DNA from: a virus
IMG/VR virus record: IMGVR_UViG_3300025030_000006
Reading direction: 5' to 3' (one strand)
DNA: 64,000 nt
Of this stretch, positions 16,835 through 24,801 are shown one piece after another (position 1 is the first letter of the stretch; each line of letters opens with the position of its first letter). Under the pieces are notes generated by a model. That model ran no database searches and was not told the origin of the DNA. It saw nothing but the letters and a program-made list of their open reading frames with translations. The position numbers and the translations under genes are program-made.

Positions 16835-17011
16835 ATGAGAGATGATTCTTGTAGGCGTCTTGAAAAAAATACTGTTAAATCAAGGACAAATAGAGCTGAT
16901 TCAATTGATTTATATTGTGGTGAATGCTTAAAAGAATCTACTATAATTGCTAATATTTCTTTGTTGATTTATTGTCCCCATTGTGGAAATGGAATTATAA
17001 TTGGCGCATAA
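16835..17011 (+). CDS. zinc-ribbon mini-protein (58 aa)
   Basis: AAAGGAGA RBS; CGEC...CPHCG; below track cutoff. Confidence 0.55.
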   Translation: MRDDSCRRLEKNTVKSRTNRADSIDLYCGECLKESTIIANISLLIYCPHCGNGIIIGA

Positions 17012-17029
17012 CAATAAAGGAGAATTAAA

Positions 17030-17215
17030 ATGTTTTACGTTTTTTTTGAAAGGGATAACGATTCATTTATTGGTGACAGTAACAAGGAAAAGGAATCAGC
17101 TAAAATTCTAAGGGAATTGGCTGATAGGGTTGAAAAGGGGGATAAATCAGGTAAAATATTTGATTCAAATGGAAATTCAATTGGTATCTTTGGAATTAAA
17201 GGAAAGGAGAAATAA
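17030..17215 (+). CDS. hypothetical protein
   Basis: AAAGGAGA RBS. Confidence 0.6.
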   Translation: MFYVFFERDNDSFIGDSNKEKESAKILRELADRVEKGDKSGKIFDSNGNSIGIFGIKGKEK

Positions 17216-17375
17216 ACAATGATTTATAATCAGCAAGAAAAAGATATACTCCAAAAAATTTATTGGAAAACACATATACACAATAAATAAACAAATGGTT
17301 GTGTTTGTTGGGGGTAGATTTTTATTTCACGAAACCTGCTCTAATATATTAAATAAAGGGAAGGAGAAATAAAAA

Positions 17376-17543
17376 ATGAATGAATTATTCTTGTTTCTTT
17401 CCGTACCTTACTTTTTTGTTTTTGGTTTGCTTTGGGAAAAGAAAACATTTGTGAATCTCTTTCTAAAAGTATTTCACTTGATTATGGCAATTTTTGGAAT
17501 TATTCTTTTGTTATTGCATTTTGGTTTTGTTATTAAACAATAA
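17376..17543 (+). CDS. small membrane protein (55 aa, 2 TM)
   Basis: AAGGAGA RBS; LFLFLSVPYFFVFGLLW...IMAIFGIILLLLHFGFVI. Confidence 0.5.
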   Translation: MNELFLFLSVPYFFVFGLLWEKKTFVNLFLKVFHLIMAIFGIILLLLHFGFVIKQ

Positions 17544-17560
17544 AGAAAGGGGATTTAAAC

Positions 17561-17881
17561 ATGGTTTCTTTTAAATTCAAAACAAGATATGGATATACGT
17601 CTGTAATTGCTGAATTGATAGGTAAAAGAATCAGGTTTAAATTATCCCCATTGAAAGGTTTCAGACCGTTTCCAATTGAATGTTTTGCAGAATACAACCG
17701 TGAACTGCTTTATAAAAAGAAAATCGCTTCTGTCGTAATTGTGTGTGATTCCAATAAACTATCCATGTTGGAAATAGTTCGATTAAAAGAAAAAGCCAAG
17801 GAATTGTTACCTGTTCCAATTCAGGCAATTGATTTAGTATTTGAAAGACTTGCAAAGGGAGATTATTCTGTAGTACGCTAA
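17561..17881 (+). CDS. hypothetical protein
   Basis: AAAGGGGA RBS. Confidence 0.6.
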   Translation: MVSFKFKTRYGYTSVIAELIGKRIRFKLSPLKGFRPFPIECFAEYNRELLYKKKIASVVIVCDSNKLSMLEIVRLKEKAKELLPVPIQAIDLVFERLAKGDYSVVR

Positions 17882-17926
17882 CAAGCAATTCAAATCCAAA
17901 TTTTAACAATTGAAAGGAGAATTAAA

Positions 17927-18292
17927 ATGAAAATTGGAACTGATGGAAGCATTGTTGAATGTCGAAATGAAGGATACACAGTAATTGAATTTGCAAAAAA
18001 CAAATTATTTAAAAATGGTATATTAGATAAAGATTTTCCTGTGCATGTTACAATCTCAAATCCGTATAATTGGGAAAATGGAAAACCATTAATTGGATAT
18101 AAAAAAGAAGATTTATATTTGTATGATACTTATTATTCTTTTAACGATGCTTTTGAAGTTTATTGTACTTATAAAGACGCAATTGATTCTTTTGCTGATT
18201 TGAAAAACTGTCCAATTGAAATGGATAATCCTAGTGAATATGATTTGCTTCATTTAATTGATGTTGTAAGTCATTATTGTGGTCTTGATTAA
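17927..18292 (+). CDS. hypothetical protein
   Basis: AAAGGAGA RBS. Confidence 0.65.
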   Translation: MKIGTDGSIVECRNEGYTVIEFAKNKLFKNGILDKDFPVHVTISNPYNWENGKPLIGYKKEDLYLYDTYYSFNDAFEVYCTYKDAIDSFADLKNCPIEMDNPSEYDLLHLIDVVSHYCGLD

Positions 18293-18321
18293 ACAAATTA
18301 ACAAATGAAAGGGGAATTAAA

Positions 18322-18549
18322 ATGAGAACGTTTATTGAAGAAGTAAAGGTTTATAAGTTTAATGAGTTGAGTGATGAAGCAAAACAAAAGGCAATTGAAA
18401 ATCTGCATGATTTAAATACAAGTTACGATTGGGATCAGTTTATTACTGATGATTTCAAAGAGAAAATGAATGCAATTGGATTTGTTGTAAGTAATACTTA
18501 TTTTTCTGGTTTCTGGTCACAAGGGGATGGTGCCTGTTTTGAAGGATAA
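18322..18549 (+). CDS. hypothetical protein (N-terminal half of an apparently bipartite reading frame)
   Basis: AAAGGGGA RBS; ends ...GFWSQGDGACFEG-TAA, immediately followed in the same frame by ATG 18550. Confidence 0.55.
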   Translation: MRTFIEEVKVYKFNELSDEAKQKAIENLHDLNTSYDWDQFITDDFKEKMNAIGFVVSNTYFSGFWSQGDGACFEG

Positions 18550-18894
18550 ATGGAAGATTTAGAATTTTTTATAAAAACACATAAAATGGGGAATAAATTC
18601 AGAAAGTTTTTGAATAATGCAGATGATTTGTCAATTACTACAAAACATAGGGGACATTATTACCATGAAATGTGCATGGATATTTCGGTAATTGAATATC
18701 ATTTGTCTGATTCAATTACTCAATCTGAATTTACTGAATTTGAAGAATGGATTACTGAAACATTGAGGGATTATGCAAAAGAATTGTATAGAGATTTGGA
18801 AAAGGAGTATGAGTATTTGTCAAGTGAAAAAGTAATCATTGAAACAATTGAGGCAAATGAATATGAATTTACCGAAGATGGAAAATTGTATTAA
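18550..18894 (+). CDS. hypothetical protein (C-terminal half of the bipartite frame)
   Basis: Starts at the codon after the TAA; only GAAGGA upstream; ends ...NEYEFTEDGKLY. Confidence 0.55.
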   Translation: MEDLEFFIKTHKMGNKFRKFLNNADDLSITTKHRGHYYHEMCMDISVIEYHLSDSITQSEFTEFEEWITETLRDYAKELYRDLEKEYEYLSSEKVIIETIEANEYEFTEDGKLY

Positions 18895-18919
18895 TTTATA
18901 ACAAGAAAGGAGAATTAAA

Positions 18920-19105
18920 ATGAAAGATAAATATTATGATTGGGTAAAGAGATTGGGACAATATCATTTATCAATTGGTGGTCAATCAACAACTCTTTGT
19001 GGAATGCCAATGATGGGCAATAATTATGCTAAAGTAATTCCAAAGGATGAAAGAACTAAATGTAACAAATGTTTTAATATAGCAGAAATTAGGTCATTAA
19101 CTTAA
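18920..19105 (+). CDS. hypothetical protein
   Basis: AAAGGAGA RBS. Confidence 0.6.
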   Translation: MKDKYYDWVKRLGQYHLSIGGQSTTLCGMPMMGNNYAKVIPKDERTKCNKCFNIAEIRSLT

Positions 19106-19126
19106 TAAAGAAAGGAGAATTAAATA

Positions 19127-19309
19127 ATGGATAATGAAGAGTTTAATTTTATTGTAACAACAATTGTCAAAGGTAAGAAACAAAACAGAATTGTGAAAGC
19201 AGAGAATTCATTATCTGCCAGATTTAAAGTTTATCATCAATTAATGGCAGCAGATAAGAAAGGCAATTTCACAATTATTGATGTTAAACAGAAAGGAGAA
19301 AAACAATGA
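19127..19309 (+). CDS. hypothetical protein
   Basis: AAAGGAGA RBS. Confidence 0.6.
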   Translation: MDNEEFNFIVTTIVKGKKQNRIVKAENSLSARFKVYHQLMAADKKGNFTIIDVKQKGEKQ

Positions 19310-19494
19310 GAAAGGATTCAACAGAGAGACTAATTGATGCTAAAGGTATCCTTGACAATTTACTTTTTACTAGAAGTCAAGAAATGTCTGCAATAATTAA
19401 TCAAGAAATAAGTGTTGTAAGAAGTATTATTTTTAATGTTTTGGTAGCTGAAAACGTTTATTGGTGGGAAGAACAGAAAGGAGAAAATAAATGA
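19306..19494 (+). CDS. hypothetical protein
   Basis: AAAGGAGA RBS, ATGA overlap. Confidence 0.6.
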   Translation: MRKDSTERLIDAKGILDNLLFTRSQEMSAIINQEISVVRSIIFNVLVAENVYWWEEQKGENK

Positions 19495-19682
19495 CTAAAC
19501 TTAATCTTCATCATAAAGAAGTTAAAAAGGAAACAAATATAATGATGTTTCGTTGTCCTGAATGTCACAAGGATTCTGAATTCAGTAAATGGATTAAATC
19601 AGTAAATCATGCAGAACATTCCATTTGTCCTAGTTGTAAAAAGGAAGTAAAAGATACTATGGTAAAACGAGTGAAATCATAA
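19491..19682 (+). CDS. zinc-ribbon protein
   Basis: AAAGGAGA RBS; CPECH...CPSC. Confidence 0.6.
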   Translation: MTKLNLHHKEVKKETNIMMFRCPECHKDSEFSKWIKSVNHAEHSICPSCKKEVKDTMVKRVKS

Positions 19683-19725
19683 CAGATTAATTGAATCCAT
19701 TTTTATAAAAGAAAGGATAAATCAA

Positions 19726-19915
19726 ATGGATAAAATAAGAATAAATGTAATAAGCAAATATGGTAACATTGATGAAATTTTTGAATTCACACCAAAAAAA
19801 AACAAAAAGAAACATATTTACAGTTAATACACAAAAAATATTTATGGAAGCAATAAACCATGCAAAAGATATAAAAGGCAAAATTGAGATTACTTTTGAG
19901 TCTATTCATTTTTAA
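19726..19915 (+). pseudogene. small ORF broken at an A9 homopolymer (19794-19802)
   Basis: AAAGGA RBS; frame 1 stops at 19825-19827; the +1 frame is open from the A-run to TAA 19913-19915. Confidence 0.35.
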
Positions 19916-19936
19916 ATAAAAGAAAGGAGAAATAAA

Positions 19937-20131
19937 ATGAAAGAATTGCTGGTTATTAAAAAGGAAATTGAAAGAGTCATTGTAATTGGAGAGAATCACA
20001 ATTTTGAAAAAGCCAAAAGGCAATATGAGAATCAGGGATACAGAATTATTAGAACGGGGGCTAGACCAATTACATTGAATCAATACAGTAAAGACGAATT
20101 CAAAATGATTGCTGAACGAACAATTGATTGA
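19937..20131 (+). CDS. hypothetical protein
   Basis: AAAGGAGA RBS. Confidence 0.6.
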   Translation: MKELLVIKKEIERVIVIGENHNFEKAKRQYENQGYRIIRTGARPITLNQYSKDEFKMIAERTID

Positions 20132-20143
20132 AGGGAAAATTAT

Positions 20144-20428
20144 ATGGATTATTTAAAAAAGAAAATACATTCTATTAACAGAATAATTGAACATTTAGGA
20201 AAGGAAATTAAAATCCAAATTGTGGTTACTTGTTCAATTGACAACATTGGAAGACGTTACGAATCCAAAGGAACATTTTTGGATAATAGAGCAACAAAAC
20301 AAACAATCAAAAATGCTTTATGGGATGAAACAATTTATCTAATTCATTTTCTGGAAGCATTGGGTTTCCCTGAAAATTATGTAATTGAAAAAATGAATGA
20401 ATTCATTGAAGAGGAAATAAACAAATGA
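20144..20428 (+). CDS. hypothetical protein
   Basis: AAGGGA RBS. Confidence 0.6.
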   Translation: MDYLKKKIHSINRIIEHLGKEIKIQIVVTCSIDNIGRRYESKGTFLDNRATKQTIKNALWDETIYLIHFLEALGFPENYVIEKMNEFIEEEINK

Positions 20429-20550
20429 AAAAAGAAATATCGACTGTAGGTTATTGCCCTTCATGTAGAAAGAAAGTTATGTTTATTAAAACAAAAGATA
20501 AGAATGAATATACTTGTGTAACTTGTAAACTTCCATTTTTTAAACAATAA
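20425..20550 (+). CDS. zinc-ribbon mini-protein (41 aa)
   Basis: ATGA overlap; CPSC...CVTC. Confidence 0.5.
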   Translation: MKKEISTVGYCPSCRKKVMFIKTKDKNEYTCVTCKLPFFKQ

Positions 20551-20564
20551 TTGAAAGGAGAAGA

Positions 20565-20738
20565 ATGAAAAGAATAAATGATAATCAATTGAGAATGGTA
20601 AATGATTCTTGTCCATTTTGTTTTGCTGAAATGTATCCGTTACAATCACTTACTTTGGAAGTCATTTACCGTTGTGGTTCTTCGGGTAGCAGAATAACGG
20701 GTTTATATATTAAACAATGTGGAAAGGGGAATAAATAA
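20565..20738 (+). CDS. Cys-containing mini-protein (57 aa)
   Basis: AAAGGAGA RBS; CPFC...RCG...QCG. Confidence 0.5.
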   Translation: MKRINDNQLRMVNDSCPFCFAEMYPLQSLTLEVIYRCGSSGSRITGLYIKQCGKGNK

Positions 20739-20739
20739 A

Positions 20740-20940
20740 ATGAATGAACAACAAAAGAAAGATGCAGAAGACACAATAAACTTATTGAAAGAAATGGATT
20801 ATAATTTTATTAGACCAGCAGATTTGATTTTAAAAGAATTTGCTGATGTTTTGTTACTTCAAGAAGAGGAAATAAATAACTTGAAAACAAGATTGGATTT
20901 TGTAGAAAGAGTAAACAAAAGAAATTTGCCCATGAGATAA
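20740..20940 (+). CDS. hypothetical protein
   Basis: AAGGGGA RBS before ATG 20740 (track start 20719 is a GTG). Confidence 0.55.
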   Translation: MNEQQKKDAEDTINLLKEMDYNFIRPADLILKEFADVLLLQEEEINNLKTRLDFVERVNKRNLPMR

Positions 20941-21020
20941 TTACCAGATAAATACTTAAATCAATTCTTTTATTTTCATGTATTTTAAAAACAGTAACAA
21001 TTTCAACAGTTTAAAACCAC

Positions 21021-21049
21021 TTGACAGAATTATATTTTTCCGATAGACT
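21021..21049 (+). promoter_or_regulatory. sigma70-like promoter (TTGACA-17-TAGACT)
   Basis: Same 23-nt upstream context as the 12451 promoter; the track TTG start at 21021 is the -35 box itself. Confidence 0.55.
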
Positions 21050-21107
21050 TTTAACTTCCTACAAGTCATTCGACTCCAAGTTTTCAAACTCAAAAGGAGA
21101 ATTCAAA

Positions 21108-21380
21108 ATGATTGAAATCAAAGTTAATTATCCATCAAAGAAAGCTGAGAAAAATAATTATCCTTATATTGGTGTAAAGGAGTTTATTTATGTTCTTTTT
21201 ACAAAACCACGTGAGGGGTTTGTAATTGCCATTGATGAAGACTTTTGTGAAATTGATATGAGTATACCAGAGGATGATGAAAGTTATTCTGAAAGTTATT
21301 CAATTGGTGATTATAGAAAAACATGGTCAGAAAAATATTTTAAAAAAATTGAGGGTGAATTGATTTTGAAAAACAAATAA
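21108..21380 (+). CDS. hypothetical protein
   Basis: AAAGGAGA RBS before ATG 21108. Confidence 0.6.
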   Translation: MIEIKVNYPSKKAEKNNYPYIGVKEFIYVLFTKPREGFVIAIDEDFCEIDMSIPEDDESYSESYSIGDYRKTWSEKYFKKIEGELILKNK

Positions 21381-21396
21381 AAGAAAGGAGAATTAA

Positions 21397-21810
21397 ATGG
21401 ATGAAAAGAAAAAATTCAATCCCTATCCAGAAGGAATAATTCATCCCATTCCAAAAGAGCAATATCCCAAACTCAATTCAGAACACAAACAAATGCTGGA
21501 ATTATTTAATCGGAAAAAACAATTGGAAGAAGAACTCAAGGAAGTCAATGAATCAATTGACAGAAAGGAGAAACTGATTTTAAAACAAATTGATTCAGGT
21601 AAAACATTTAATTGGTGTTGGAAATGGATTTTTACCAGAACTAATATTTCGTGGAAAGATGTTTGTATTAAGTTTATTGGTAAAAAGAAAGTAGAGGAAA
21701 TATCCGCAAGAACGGAAGCAACCAAATATCCCCATGTTGGAATTGAGGGATTCCACCCTAGACCATTTCAGAAACCAAGGCGTTTCAATCTTAGAAGACC
21801 AATTAAATGA
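21397..21810 (+). CDS. hypothetical protein
   Basis: AAAGGAGA RBS; C-terminus KPRRFNLRRPIK. Confidence 0.65.
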   Translation: MDEKKKFNPYPEGIIHPIPKEQYPKLNSEHKQMLELFNRKKQLEEELKEVNESIDRKEKLILKQIDSGKTFNWCWKWIFTRTNISWKDVCIKFIGKKKVEEISARTEATKYPHVGIEGFHPRPFQKPRRFNLRRPIK

Positions 21811-21824
21811 AAGGGGAAAAGGAA

Positions 21825-22034
21825 ATGAGTAACCATAATAAAATTGATTTTAAAAATGCTTCCATAGAATTGCTTGATTCAGCTATAGTTGTGCTTGGTT
21901 TGGCTATTAAATGGTATGAAGCAGAAAATTTTGATAGGGAGGAACTTTGTGGTGGTGAACAATGTGATACTTGCAATCTGGCAAAAGGGGTCAAAGAATT
22001 TTTGAACAAACAAAATAATGAAACCGAAAGTTAG
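21825..22034 (+). CDS. hypothetical protein
   Basis: AAAGGGGAAAAGGAA before ATG 21825. Confidence 0.55.
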   Translation: MSNHNKIDFKNASIELLDSAIVVLGLAIKWYEAENFDREELCGGEQCDTCNLAKGVKEFLNKQNNETES

Positions 22035-23520
22035 ATTGCCAATTTGGAAAGTATATTTGTATAATCTGCTTTATCGTTTCAGACGATTTAAATGGATAAA
22101 TACAGGTATGCTTGAATTCGGCATGACCAACAAGGAAAAAGGTTTATTGCATGGGATGTTGCACAAATATCTCAGAAAGGAGGTAATGCGACAAGTAAAA
22201 GCAGTTCAGTATTATGAATTGGTAAGTCTCGTGCTTGGTAGTAAAATTGCCATAGCTACCAAGGAAGAAATTCAATTGGCAAATAAACTATTCATCTCTT
22301 ACAAAATCAACACAAAGGAGCTAATCATGGAAATGAAACAATTGAAGAAATTCGCTGAAGAAGTTGGTCTTACTGCTAAAGCAATTAAAGGAATGGAAGA
22401 AGATGAATTGATTCTTGAAATTGTGAAGAATTTGGATGCTGATACCACTTATTCTGATGATTTCATTGCTTGGTATGATGAATTGCCGGAAGAAATGTTT
22501 GATGAGGCTGACGCAATTGATGAAGAGAAACCCAAGGGCAAAGGCAAGAAGGAAAAAGAAGTAGAGAAGGAAGAGGAAGAAGAAAATGATTTCTCTGAAT
22601 TGATTGGAGCAATTGAAGAATGTACGGAAATTGATGAATTGGTAGAGATTGCCCAAGATGAAGATTTTGAAGAAATTTTTGCTGAGGTGGATACTGATAC
22701 CAAATTGGTTAAGAAACTGAAAAAAGCAATGCTTAAAGCAATTGAAGATTATGAACCTGAAGTGGAAGAAGAAAAACCTGAAGTAAAAGAAAAAGGCAAA
22801 AAGGAAGAACCCATTAAAGAAGAAAAGAAACGTGGCCGTCCTGCCAAAGAAAAAGAAGAAGTGGAAGAAGTTGAATTGGATGACGAAGCCAAGGAAGAAT
22901 TGGTTACTGCAATCAATGAAGCTGATTCTACTGAAGACCTGAAAGAAGTAGCTGATTCGGTAAAAGAAGATTATCCCGAATTGTTTAAAGGTATTGCTTT
23001 CCGTTCTGGTCGGGGCAAATCCCCTTATCGTGAATTGGAAGAAGTTCAGGCAGAAATGCTTGAAAAATTGGGCGCTGAAGTAGAAGAAAAAGAAGAGGAA
23101 GAAGAAACTGAAACGGAATTGGAAATCACCGCTGAATCCGTAAATGATGCAGTTGAAGCAGATGATAAGGAAACTCTGGTTGCAATGTGTGAGCAATTGG
23201 AAATTGAATTGAAACCTTTGATGAAAAGGTCTGCTAAGAAAATGGCTGAAAAGATTGTTGAAAAACTTCCCAAAGAAAAACCGGGGAAACGCGGATTGAA
23301 AGGGAAAGACAAAAAAGAAAAAGTAGAAGAGGTTGCAGAAGAAAAAGGAGAAAAACAATCTGTTTTCGCTTTGGTTGAACAAATGGTAAATGATGGTGCC
23401 AAAGAAAAAGATATCGTTGCAGCGTGTGAACCTATTCTCGCTGAAAGAGGAAAGAAAAAACTCTTTGTAGCAAAGTTTGTTAAATCTTTGATTGCCATTG
23501 TTGAATCTCTTGAAGATTAG
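22018..23520 (+). CDS. highly charged Glu/Lys-rich protein with HeH/Rho_N-like motif; probable true start ATG 22327
   Basis: Only ATG 22327 has an RBS (AAAGGAGC); LKKFAEEVGLTAKAIKGMEEDELILEIV; long EEK/KEE tracts. Confidence 0.65.
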   Translation: MKPKVRLPIWKVYLYNLLYRFRRFKWINTGMLEFGMTNKEKGLLHGMLHKYLRKEVMRQVKAVQYYELVSLVLGSKIAIATKEEIQLANKLFISYKINTKELIMEMKQLKKFAEEVGLTAKAIKGMEEDELILEIVKNLDADTTYSDDFIAWYDELPEEMFDEADAIDEEKPKGKGKKEKEVEKEEEEENDFSELIGAIEECTEIDELVEIAQDEDFEEIFAEVDTDTKLVKKLKKAMLKAIEDYEPEVEEEKPEVKEKGKKEEPIKEEKKRGRPAKEKEEVEEVELDDEAKEELVTAINEADSTEDLKEVADSVKEDYPELFKGIAFRSGRGKSPYRELEEVQAEMLEKLGAEVEEKEEEEETETELEITAESVNDAVEADDKETLVAMCEQLEIELKPLMKRSAKKMAEKIVEKLPKEKPGKRGLKGKDKKEKVEEVAEEKGEKQSVFALVEQMVNDGAKEKDIVAACEPILAERGKKKLFVAKFVKSLIAIVESLED

Positions 23521-23529
23521 TTGGTTAAA

Positions 23530-23574
23530 GGGGGATTAGGTTATATAATTTTTGTCAATATAACCTAATCCCCC
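23530..23574 (+). terminator. 17-bp perfect stem-loop after the acidic-protein gene
   Basis: GGGGGATTAGGTTATAT-N11-ATATAACCTAATCCCCC; no clear U-tail, so it may be a terminator or a processing site. Confidence 0.5.
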
Positions 23575-23612
23575 ACATCTAAAATAAATAATAAATGAAA
23601 GGAGAAAACAAA

Positions 23613-23927
23613 ATGAAAAAGGTTATTGATGGTAAAGTTTATAATACTGAAACGGCAGAGGAAGTTCATAATTGGTCTAATCATTATTACAGAAATGATT
23701 TTGGTTACTGTGAAGAAACACTTTATAAAACAAAGAAAGGCAATTACTTTTTGTATGGTGAGGGTGGTGCAATGAGTAAATATTCAAGACCAGTAGGAAA
23801 CAATGGTCAAACTGGTGGGGATGGAATTACTGTAATGACAAAATATGAGGCAGTTAAATGGTTGGAAAACCATGATGGGGATAATGTTTTAATTGGGTTG
23901 TTTTCAGAAGAAATAGAAGAAGCATAA
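23613..23927 (+). CDS. hypothetical protein
   Basis: AAAGGAGA RBS before ATG 23613; MKKVIDGKVYNTETAEEV... Confidence 0.65.
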   Translation: MKKVIDGKVYNTETAEEVHNWSNHYYRNDFGYCEETLYKTKKGNYFLYGEGGAMSKYSRPVGNNGQTGGDGITVMTKYEAVKWLENHDGDNVLIGLFSEEIEEA

Positions 23928-24035
23928 TTGATTTCTGAATAAATGGGGTTGCCCTTCTTTTATTGGTTAAAAGGATTCCTCCTTTTGAGTGGGTTAATGG
24001 ACAATGAAAGGCAATCCCATTTTTATTATTCTTGT

Positions 24036-24127
24036 GGGGTAGTGGCGAAGCTGGTTGAAACGCAACGGTCTTAAAAACCGTTACTGATAAGTTCACACCG
24101 TCGGTTCGATTCCGACCTACCCCACCA
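24036..24127 (+). tRNA. tRNA-Leu (anticodon UAA), type II long variable arm, CCA encoded
   Basis: Acceptor GGGGTAG/CTACCCC, 3-bp D stem, anticodon stem ACGGT/ACCGT with loop CTTAAAA, T arm GTCGG-TTCGATT-CCGAC, discriminator A then CCA. Confidence 0.85.
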
Positions 24128-24151
24128 ATTAAAAAGAAAGGAGAAAATAAA

Positions 24152-24328
24152 ATGGGTAAAACTCTTTGTGCCTTTATTTTTGGATTGCTTTTTTCAAGTT
24201 CTTTTTGGGTTTTCTTTGTGTTTGGTGAAGGTAATTTGAAAAATGGCTTGGTATTTTTTCCAATTGCATCATCAGCTATTCTTACTATTGTAATAACAGT
24301 ATTTATTTTAGACAATTGGAATAATTAA
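24152..24328 (+). CDS. small membrane protein (58 aa)
   Basis: AAAGGAGA RBS; two hydrophobic segments; below track cutoff. Confidence 0.5.
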   Translation: MGKTLCAFIFGLLFSSSFWVFFVFGEGNLKNGLVFFPIASSAILTIVITVFILDNWNN

Positions 24329-24346
24329 AAAGAAAGGATAAAATGA

Positions 24347-24631
24347 ATGGAAAGAGAATCAATTGGAAAAGGCTTTAGAGAAAAGAATAAAAGAATCCTA
24401 TTGTATAAAAGTATAAACCCAGAAACAAATAAAAATGAATATTGTCTTGTAACAAAAGTTTTGAAGGAAAATAGAAAAATTGAAATACAGGAAATATTTC
24501 TAAAAGAAGAAACTATCTACAGATTTATTGATTTATTTATGGTGCTAAATGAAACAGCAAGAATGAATTGTTATTACGAAGATAATTTATTTAAGGCTGA
24601 ATTGTATAAAAAGAAAGGAGAAAATAAATGA
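24347..24631 (+). CDS. hypothetical protein
   Basis: AAAGGA RBS. Confidence 0.6.
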   Translation: MERESIGKGFREKNKRILLYKSINPETNKNEYCLVTKVLKENRKIEIQEIFLKEETIYRFIDLFMVLNETARMNCYYEDNLFKAELYKKKGENK

Positions 24632-24797
24632 AATGGAAAGCATTAAATGAGTTAAAAGAAGTATTGCAAGAACATCTATCAATTGAGTTAAATACAAAAA
24701 CATTTGCTATGAAAGTAATGGTTTTGAAATAAAAATTAAATTCGATGATGAAGTCATTTGTTCTGATTGGATTTATTTGTCACAATTAAAGGAATAA
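24628..24797 (+). pseudogene. small gene apparently split by a frameshift
   Basis: AAAGGAGA RBS; frame 1 stops at 24730; an overlapping frame (...YESNGFEIKIKFDDEVICSDWIYLSQLKE) runs to 24797. Confidence 0.3.
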
Positions 24798-24801
24798 GAT
24801 T

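Noticed and set aside
13000-19500. Apparent over-representation of AATTG/CAATTG
   Set aside because: It is explained by frequent GAA/AAA/CAA followed by TTG (Leu) and by ATT-GAA (Ile-Glu) codon pairs in these proteins. There is no positional periodicity. A quantitative test would be needed to revisit this.
22321-23498. Long antisense ORFs (353 aa, 150 aa and 84 aa) opposite the Glu/Lys-rich gene
   Set aside because: GAA/AAG-rich sense codons give stop-free TTC/CTT antisense frames. The products are low-complexity F/S-rich and have no RBS.
24036-24127. Suppressor tRNA or stop-codon reassignment
   Set aside because: The anticodon loop CTTAAAA gives anticodon UAA, which reads Leu UUA rather than a stop. 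Long uninterrupted ORFs end in TGA, TAA and TAG throughout.
23854-24315. 153-aa minus-strand ORF
   Set aside because: It overlaps the tRNA-Leu gene and an RBS-led plus-strand small gene, and has no SD.
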